Assembly (NCBI RefSeq): GCF_000143415.4
Contig: NW_003314348.1
Span: 501,593-559,556 of the forward strand
From: Selaginella moellendorffii
Taxonomy: Eukaryota > Plantae > Lycopodiophyta
Direction: 5' to 3'
DNA length: 57,964 nucleotides
The notes below the pieces were generated by a model, which saw only the letters and a program-made list of their open reading frames with translations, had not been told where the DNA came from and did no database searches. The translations under genes were made by a program, and so were the position numbers. Positions 50,916 to 57,964 of this stretch are shown here, piece after piece. Positions within the stretch are counted from its first letter, which is position 1. Each line of letters opens with the position of its first letter.

Positions 50916-51602
50916 AGTCTTGAAGGAACTCTCTAGTGGTGCTTCCAAATTGACTTGAGGTTGAGACTGAGGCCGAGGGGCCTTGGGTAGGAGTGAGCAT
51001 GGGCTTGGGTGGTGCCGGAGGGGCCACCCAGGGAAGTGCTCAAGAGCAGCTCCCACTCCCAAAAGGGAAACCGACTACGGTGCTCCCAGCTCATGTGGAG
51101 TGGTGCCCCACTTGAGTACCTTGTGGCTCATTGGTCCTCACCCTTCTTAAGGGCTTAGGCCTTCCCTTCGGGATGGAAGTGGGGGGCTAGAGGTACCCAT
51201 ACTGGGCCGTTAGGCCACGGTGTTTCGCCCCGATGTCCCGAAGCAAGTGTTGCACCCAAGGCTTGGGATTTAGAGGGTCCCATGATCAAGTCTTGTTGTA
51301 CCAAGGGGTGTTAGGAACCTAGAATCTTGGTGTGCTTGGCTGCTTGTGCCTGCGGGGAGTGTAGCCGAACCTTAAGTCTAGTCTAACCCGGGGAGGGGGA
51401 TTGGGAGAGATTTGGGAATCCATGGATGGATGGCTAATGCTTTGTTGCTCGTGCAGTGAGTAGCTGAAACCAAGTAGAACCAAGTAGGAGCTGGTACAAT
51501 AGGCAGGAACCTTGGCGAGGGAATTTAGCACAAGCCAAGGCGGTGTTGGTCGGATATACGAGGTAAGTTGGCAAATTGGAAAGGAAAAATTTGTGACTTA
51601 CA
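50916..51602 (+). repeat. 5'-truncated 3' LTR of inner element
   Basis: Colinear with 46055-46741 and ends TTACA. Confidence 0.9.
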
Positions 51603-54600
51603 CGCAGGTAGATGATGATGGGAGTTGTAACGCTGTTGTTGTCCCACTTGTATGCTGCCTAAGTGTTTAGTAGACTTTGCTCGGACAAGTGAAAGAATGC
51701 TTGTTAAATATAGATCCCACGACTTAGCATTAATAACTTGTGGCAATTGTAAAAGTAAACCCAACTCTATTGATAATATTGGATCATAACCATATAAGAG
51801 TTTATATGGTGATGCACCAATAGAACTTTGCACTCTTATAATATATATATACCAAAGAGATGGCAAATAACTATCATAATCTAAATGTTGAAAGTTCATG
51901 TACTTTGCGATCATTCTTTTGAATGTCCAAATAAGCCATTCCACCAAACTATTTAATTGTGGATGATAAGCACTCGTGAAAGTGTGGCATATCCCTAACC
52001 AAAACATGAAATGCTTCAGCCATAAATGCAAGACCATTATCTGGATAAAAATGCTGGAACACCACTTGATTGAGGAGAAAGTATCTAACAACAGTTGCAA
52101 ACACACTAGTAAGAGCACCAACTTCCACCCAACGAATCAAATAATCAAAAACAATAATAACATATTCATTGCCACCAGTTGATCGTGGAAAAGGTCCCAT
52201 AATATCAAATGCCACCAACTCAAACGGATGGGAAATTGCAATTGACTCTAACCATCCTTCCAAGGTACAAGGGGGACTATTACTAGCTTGGCATTAAATG
52301 CAGCTATGCATATATTAGATAACATCATGTCGTATCTCTGGTCAATAGAAAGACTTGTGCAGCTTCTCGATCATATAACAATATTCCATATGCCCACCTA
52401 GAATAGGAGAATCATGGTAGGTATGGAGAAATTGTGGAATAATGACGGAAGGCACCATCAGTTGTAAATGATCATTAAGATCCATCCCCATAAAATAAAG
52501 AAAGCCTATCGGCCATCTTCAAGGTGATATTGAGAATGTAAATGCTGGAATAGTAAGTCATCAGCAAGTGATACAAAATTCTCAAACCCATCTCAAAACC
52601 TTCAAATTCATGGCTCAATTTTTTGAGCCTCGCAAACCTCATCAAAATAAGATAGATCTTGCTCTGCACCTTATGGACATTGAAAATCAAGCACAGCAAC
52701 CACCGACGGCATAGAATCCTCGTCTAGAAAATCCACAAATGTTGGAACAACAAGCTCATTAAAAACATGAGAAGAGAGTGAAAAAGGAAAATGAGCTTGA
52801 GAAAGGGCATTAGCATCAGCTATAGAACTCTTCAAGTAATGAACTACATCAAAATCATATATCTGAAGTTTTAATCTCACCGAGCAGTATAACCAACCAA
52901 GTTCTTCTACTTTAATAATGAAATAATGGCAGTATAATCACCTTCTAGTAATGTCTGAGAACCATATAAATATACATGAAGTTAGACTGCTACTAAACAC
53001 TCATTCTCTATTGTGAAGTAGTTCACCTCTGCTGGTTGTAATGTATGGTTTATATACGCAATAGGATAGTGTTAACTAGGCATACTTGGGCTCTCTTGCA
53101 TCAACATTCCTCTAAGACTAATATTAGAAGCCTTCACGCGTAAAATGAAAGGTCAAGTATAGTTAAGATATGCCAAAACCAAAAGAGTAGTCAATAACTC
53201 TTTCAGATCCATGAACACCCACTCACAATTTGGAGACCAGATGAAAGATGGTATTGATGACTTCAACAATACTTGCAATAGTGCCGTGCAATTAGAAAAA
53301 TGATCCACCAAATGACTAAAATACTACACCTTGCCTAGAAAGGATTGCACATCATTCACACACTTCAGAGTAGACCCTCACGAAAAATACGGTACCTAAG
53401 ATAAGTAGTTTATTTAGACTCAAACACACATTTTGACCGCTTTAGCTTTAAATTAATGTCTCGTAGCCGATCCAACACTTTACAAACATCACATACATGT
53501 TCTTCCCATGTCCCCATTGAGTGGATCAAGACATAAAGTCACCTTTGGCATATCATAAAAAACCTCATCCATTATCTACTAGAAAGTTGCTGAAGCATTG
53601 TTCAAACTAAATAGCATCACCAAGAATTCGTACAAACCAAACGGTGTACGAAGAGTAGTCTTAAAAATATCTTCTTTGGCCATCGGTACTTGCCAGTACT
53701 CAGAAGCAATATCTAACTTGGTGAACCAACGACTTCTCCCCAGACGATCTAAAAGATCAGTAGTGTGAGGAAGAGGGTGCACATCTAAAATTATCACTTC
53801 GTTTAATGAATGATAGTCGATGTAGAAATGAATATTCCCATCAGGTTTCGTCACAAGATGAGGTTCACATGTTTAAGGACTTCGCGACTTTTAAATAGCA
53901 CCATTTTCGAACATCTCTTTGACATTTGCACGTAAAATCTTGATCTCTTTGGTTGACCGACGACGAACAGGAACCTTGATTAGACAAACATCCCTAGTTG
54001 GAATTGGATGACATGTGAAAATCTTAGCCTTAAATGATAGGTCAAATTTAAAGAGACTGACATACTCTTTCATGAGTTGGTCAATCACTACAACACAAAG
54101 ACTGTTGGAGGGATCAAAAAAGGGAAAAGTGGAACAAGATGGAAATATAGGAGTAAGTAGTGGGGAGACAAAAGTAATGGAAGCAGAAGTAAAAGCAGAG
54201 GGACAAAGAAATACAAAAATGAAAGGAATGCATAAAATATAAAAAAGTATAAGACAAGGGGGAGAAGCCTCATACTCACACTTAGTATGATTGCGTTGCA
54301 ACCAATCCATGCCAAGGATGAAGTCAAAAGCTTGATTTGGCACCACCCGCAATAACTCGAGTAGCAACAACATCAACCTCCATTGAAACAGGACCATTGC
54401 CCACAAGAAGTAGAGCTGAAAGATGTGTAGCGAGAAGTGGAAGAGGTGACATCTCATAATATTGTGCCAAGCAAAGAACATCATCAAGAGTGGCTAAAAC
54501 AAGTGCATACACAAGTTCGACAAGATCTTAACGAAGTGCTGGCTATAATATTCCTAGCTTGATCTGTTCCAATATATTTGGCTCCATATGAAGCAAGAGG

Positions 54601-55301
54601 CTTCAAAAACAAATGCCAAATTGCATCACTAACTCAAATGCCCTTTGACAAAGACGATATAATTATTGGAAGGTGTCATCACAATTGTTAGCATGTCCAA
54701 ATGTGTATTTGAAGACATCTGGGAGAACTCTCCAATCCCTACAAGTGGTTGTGCTCAAACTATTGTATCACTACAATGCCGTCTCTTGGAGACCTGTGGG
54801 AAACTCATGCAAATGTCGAACATCATTCCAAAAATGATATATGGCAATCACCGTGAAGTGATCAAATCAATAGTACACATCACCCCCAAGATTCCCACGA
54901 AAGAACTTTTGCTAAACGTGAGGATTTGCTCTAAGAGCAGGAGGAGTTGTACCACGTGCCGTGAATGCTGCCATCAACTGAGTTTGGTTGTTCAATTGCA
55001 AGTGCATACCATCAAGCAATTACACTAACTACTGCTCCAGAGTCAAAGGAGGAGGTTACTGCTCTACCATGAAGATGAATGAAAAGGCAAGAGTAAAAGA
55101 AGAGAAATGAAAAAAAGTTGGAAGAAAAGAGATATCTAAACAATGCAAAAGCTAGATATAAATCAAAATCCTAAAAGGAAAGAACAAAAAAAAAGAAATG
55201 GAAAAAACTAGATTTAGACAATGCAAAAGCAAGATTTAAACCAAAATCCCAAATTTAAACACTCCTCAAGAACAATTAAAGGTGCCCCTCACCTCCACCA
55301 A

Positions 55302-55477
55302 TGTGAGTGCATGGAATATGGAAAAGGAATATAGAAAATATGCATATCAATTAGCCCAAAAACCCTAACTTATATATAAGAGTGAGTGGTTTGGATTGAA
55401 ACTAATCTAACAGCTACCAAAATCCTACTATGCAAATATTAGTATATGGCATTGTAGCCATACACTTGGACCTTACA
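55302..55477 (-). repeat. 5' LTR of outer gypsy element (~176 bp)
   Basis: TG...CA termini, followed by TGGTGGAGGTGAGGGG PBS. Homologous to 44937-45102. Confidence 0.8.
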
Positions 55478-56348
55478 AATTTATATTAATAACATATTTT
55501 CTTTAATAGTTTTCATAGATTGATTAAAATTTTGAATTAACTCAACTTTTACTAAGGTTAAATTTTTATCAATCCTATAAAAATACTTTATATATCAAAT
55601 TAAAAATACCACTTAAGTATCAGATCATTTGTTATTTCATTGAAGTTTTTTAACTAAAGCTTCAATATGTTTTCTATTTCAATTTTTATTCTTCTAGTCA
55701 TATTGATAAACATAATTCAATGCATCAGCCATGAAAGAAAGAAAGTAATATGGCTTTTTTGTATGATAATACAGTCATGGAAATAAGAAAATGAGAGTAG
55801 AACAAATGGCTTGAATCATATAATAATATGGCTATAGAACTTGGAGGGGAGAATGACACAAATGTCGCAAATGCAATTTTGAGTATCAAAAGTTACCTAT
55901 TGGCTAGTCCTTTTGGATATTCTTTCATTATTGCCACGATGGCAAGAGGTCAGTATTACTAGACCCTTTATCAATTCCTTGTGTTTAAGTGTTAGTAAAC
56001 TAGACTTTGCATTTGTACTTGGTTGAATGAGTATAAAGAAGGAATTCCTAAGTGTCTATTTAGCTAGGCATACTTGGCCTAGCTTGTTAGATCTTTTTTG
56101 CTTTGTCTTGCATTGGCTTAACAAAAATTCTCGTGTGTTGAGACTAGTCCCTCAATATTGCTAGATGATAGCTTACCGTGTCTACCAAACACCTTCACTA
56201 TCATGCACATTGTGTTAATACTGTTTGGTCCCAATTATTATTTATGGAAAGTGTCTAAATTTACTAATTTGGCATATCTATGGAATATAGAGATTACAAT
56301 GGTGTTCATCCTATATCCAAATTCATAATTTAGCACAATTCTATATTT

Positions 56349-56944
56349 AGTAAGTTTAAAGTTAGTCCCAAAGACTAACTCTTGGTACTAAGGGTAGTTG
56401 AAAGCCCAAAGCATGTGTCCCTCAAGGGGAGGGGTTCTAAATATATAATAGGTCGGGCATGGCTGACAAATCTGAGGCATAGTTTAACTTTTGTTTGCAT
56501 GTTTGTTCTTGTTTTGCATCCGGCTTGGGTTTAAGCCCAAATTCCACACTATACTAGCTAATAGAGTATTCATATCCTCGTGTTAGGCCACAAGTATGTG
56601 ATTCTGTTTGCCTCCGTTTTGCATGTTGGTCTTGGCATTAAGATGCTCTAGGACTATTCCATATTGCTTCGTACTCTTGTCCCTTTGCTCCTTAGGTTGA
56701 ATGCTCGAGAGTCATTCAGTGTTCCAATTCCTTCGCTCCTTAGCTTCATGCTTAGGAGTTTGGCTTTATTCCTTCATTCAGTGGCCCAAGGCCTTGAAAC
56801 TTAGGTTTTGTACCACTATTTTTGGGACATGTGGTATGTGACATATGGCATATAGAGGGTTTAGATTTCACTTCATGGTTATTCTATAGTAAATCACCAT
56901 AGGATAAAGGGTGAAAACCACATGCGTTACATTTGGTATCAGAG
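56349..56944 (+). mobile_element. Degenerate LTR plus Met PBS of a third retroelement, related to the inner element's LTR
   Basis: Ends GTTACA-TT-TGGTATCAGAG at 56926-56944. TGAAAGCCCAAAGCATG at ~56399 is shared with ~45980. The 5' boundary is approximate. Confidence 0.65.
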
Positions 56945-57964
56945 GATATATCTTAGCTAGCACTATCCAATAAGATTGAGCAATTAGTCTCATTATATAT
57001 GTAGAGATGAAAACAATGATCTGAATGAGTACACATTTGGGTGTAAAGACTTCACATTCATTCCTTGGGTATGGATTTTGGTTACCTTTTTGTACTATAT
57101 TATGTGAGTTTGCTCTTGGGCTCATAGGATGGAATGAGATGTTCCATTTGTACAAGTTTACGTTTGGGCTTGTGAGAGAGATATATTAGCAACTCAAGGT
57201 TACATTTTGAGTTGGCAAAATGGATTTGATATGCACTATTTTACATGAGTTTGCACTTGGGCTTGTAAATGAGGCACATTAGCAACTCAAGATTACACTT
57301 TGAGTTGGCAGGATTAATATTAATCTATTAGTGGTTTGATAAGTTGTTCCATGTACCATGGGTGAAAATAAACCTTCCTTGGGTTTGCTATAAGTGGCAA
57401 ATAGGTTAATCTGTAGTTATTTAGCATGGCACTAGTGGATCCTTCCTAAGCATAATTATAAATAGATCAATCAAGACTAAGGATTAGTCTATTGGTTCTA
57501 GTAGTCATTACCATGCTCTCTCATAAACGTTTCTTGGATTGGATTGAAAGTAGTGCAAACATAAGCTTGAAGTTTAGTCAAAGATGAGATTGAAAAGAGA
57601 GTTATCAAGGGCGAAGGATCAAACACGTAAATCATTTTCTTTTCTTGGAAAAATAATTTGCAATGAAGTGTTGACTCATTGCTCATGCTCACATCATATA
57701 ATCAAGAATCTTTATCATGATGTATGTTGAAAATAATGGTCTTACAAATGGTGAGTTGTGGGATGGATAGTGGTGGAGTGCTAAATCATTTTGTTTAGAC
57801 TCATTATTGAAGGCTTGCTACAATACTCAATTCTTTTCCAGAGAACCTTGCTATTGCTCCTTGTTAGATTAGTTTGAGTTTGGTTACAAAGAGAGTGAAT
57901 GTTTGGTGTTATAAATCTTTATCGGTGGGGTGTGGCATTTATGTTCTTCATGGACGACCGTCCA

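Larger units (their letters stand above)
45594..51602 (+). mobile_element. Chromovirus-type Ty3/gypsy LTR retrotransposon (inner, nested)
   Basis: 5' LTR 45594-46741, Met-tRNA PBS TGGTATCAGAGC 46745-46756, gag with zinc knuckle CYNCGEAGHFSRKC, RT YIDD, RNase H TDAS, integrase, chromodomain EYEVEAILNAR...FHVK, truncated 3' LTR 50916-51602. Several stops and frameshifts. Confidence 0.93.
44937..55477 (-). mobile_element. Old degenerate Ty3/gypsy LTR retrotransposon (outer element) with short LTRs
   Basis: Direct repeats at 55302-55477 and ~44937-45102, both starting TGTAAGGTCC on the minus strand. PPT 45103-45120, PBS 55285-55300. Protease FILGMDWL, RT PDGNIHFYIDY, RNase H, integrase PFELVAFDIMGPFP...SAYHPQ. 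Many stops. Confidence 0.88.

Noticed and set aside
55700-56340. Broken coding-like frames after the outer LTR
   Set aside because: No recognisable domain and too decayed to call.

Overview
Eukaryotic plant nuclear DNA with very short (about 45-70 bp) introns, tiny intergenic gaps, intronless PLS-class PPR genes and LTR retrotransposons. This fits the lycophyte Selaginella, but that assignment is inference from style, not a database match. Positions 1.9-42.4 kb form a dense gene block: SnRK1 alpha, NASP, BPA1-like RRM, AAA ATPase, ABCF5, PLP/MoCo-sulfurase-like, RPB10, SelT-like, divergent BTB-NPH3, MLO, two PPRs flanking a 2OG dioxygenase, NDUFAF6-like, RLCK-VII kinase, ZC3H15/DFRP1, mS38-like and TRM. 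A 29.3-33 kb interval inside it holds gene and TE fragments. Positions 44.9-55.5 kb are an old Ty3/gypsy element with a younger chromovirus nested in its integrase, and a third LTR relic follows. The most unusual items are (1) an intact, intronless, roughly 25% GC ORF at 244-1176 encoding signal peptide + unknown domain + bulb-type lectin domain, (2) a ~320 bp foldback hairpin between convergent PPR and 2OGD genes, (3) an MLO lacking the CaM-binding tail and ending in HDEL, (4) a PPR stop only 21 bp before the 2OGD start, and (5) frameshifts in SnRK1 and the BTB-NPH3-like gene. Exon boundaries were read by eye, so CDS spans are start-to-stop envelopes.
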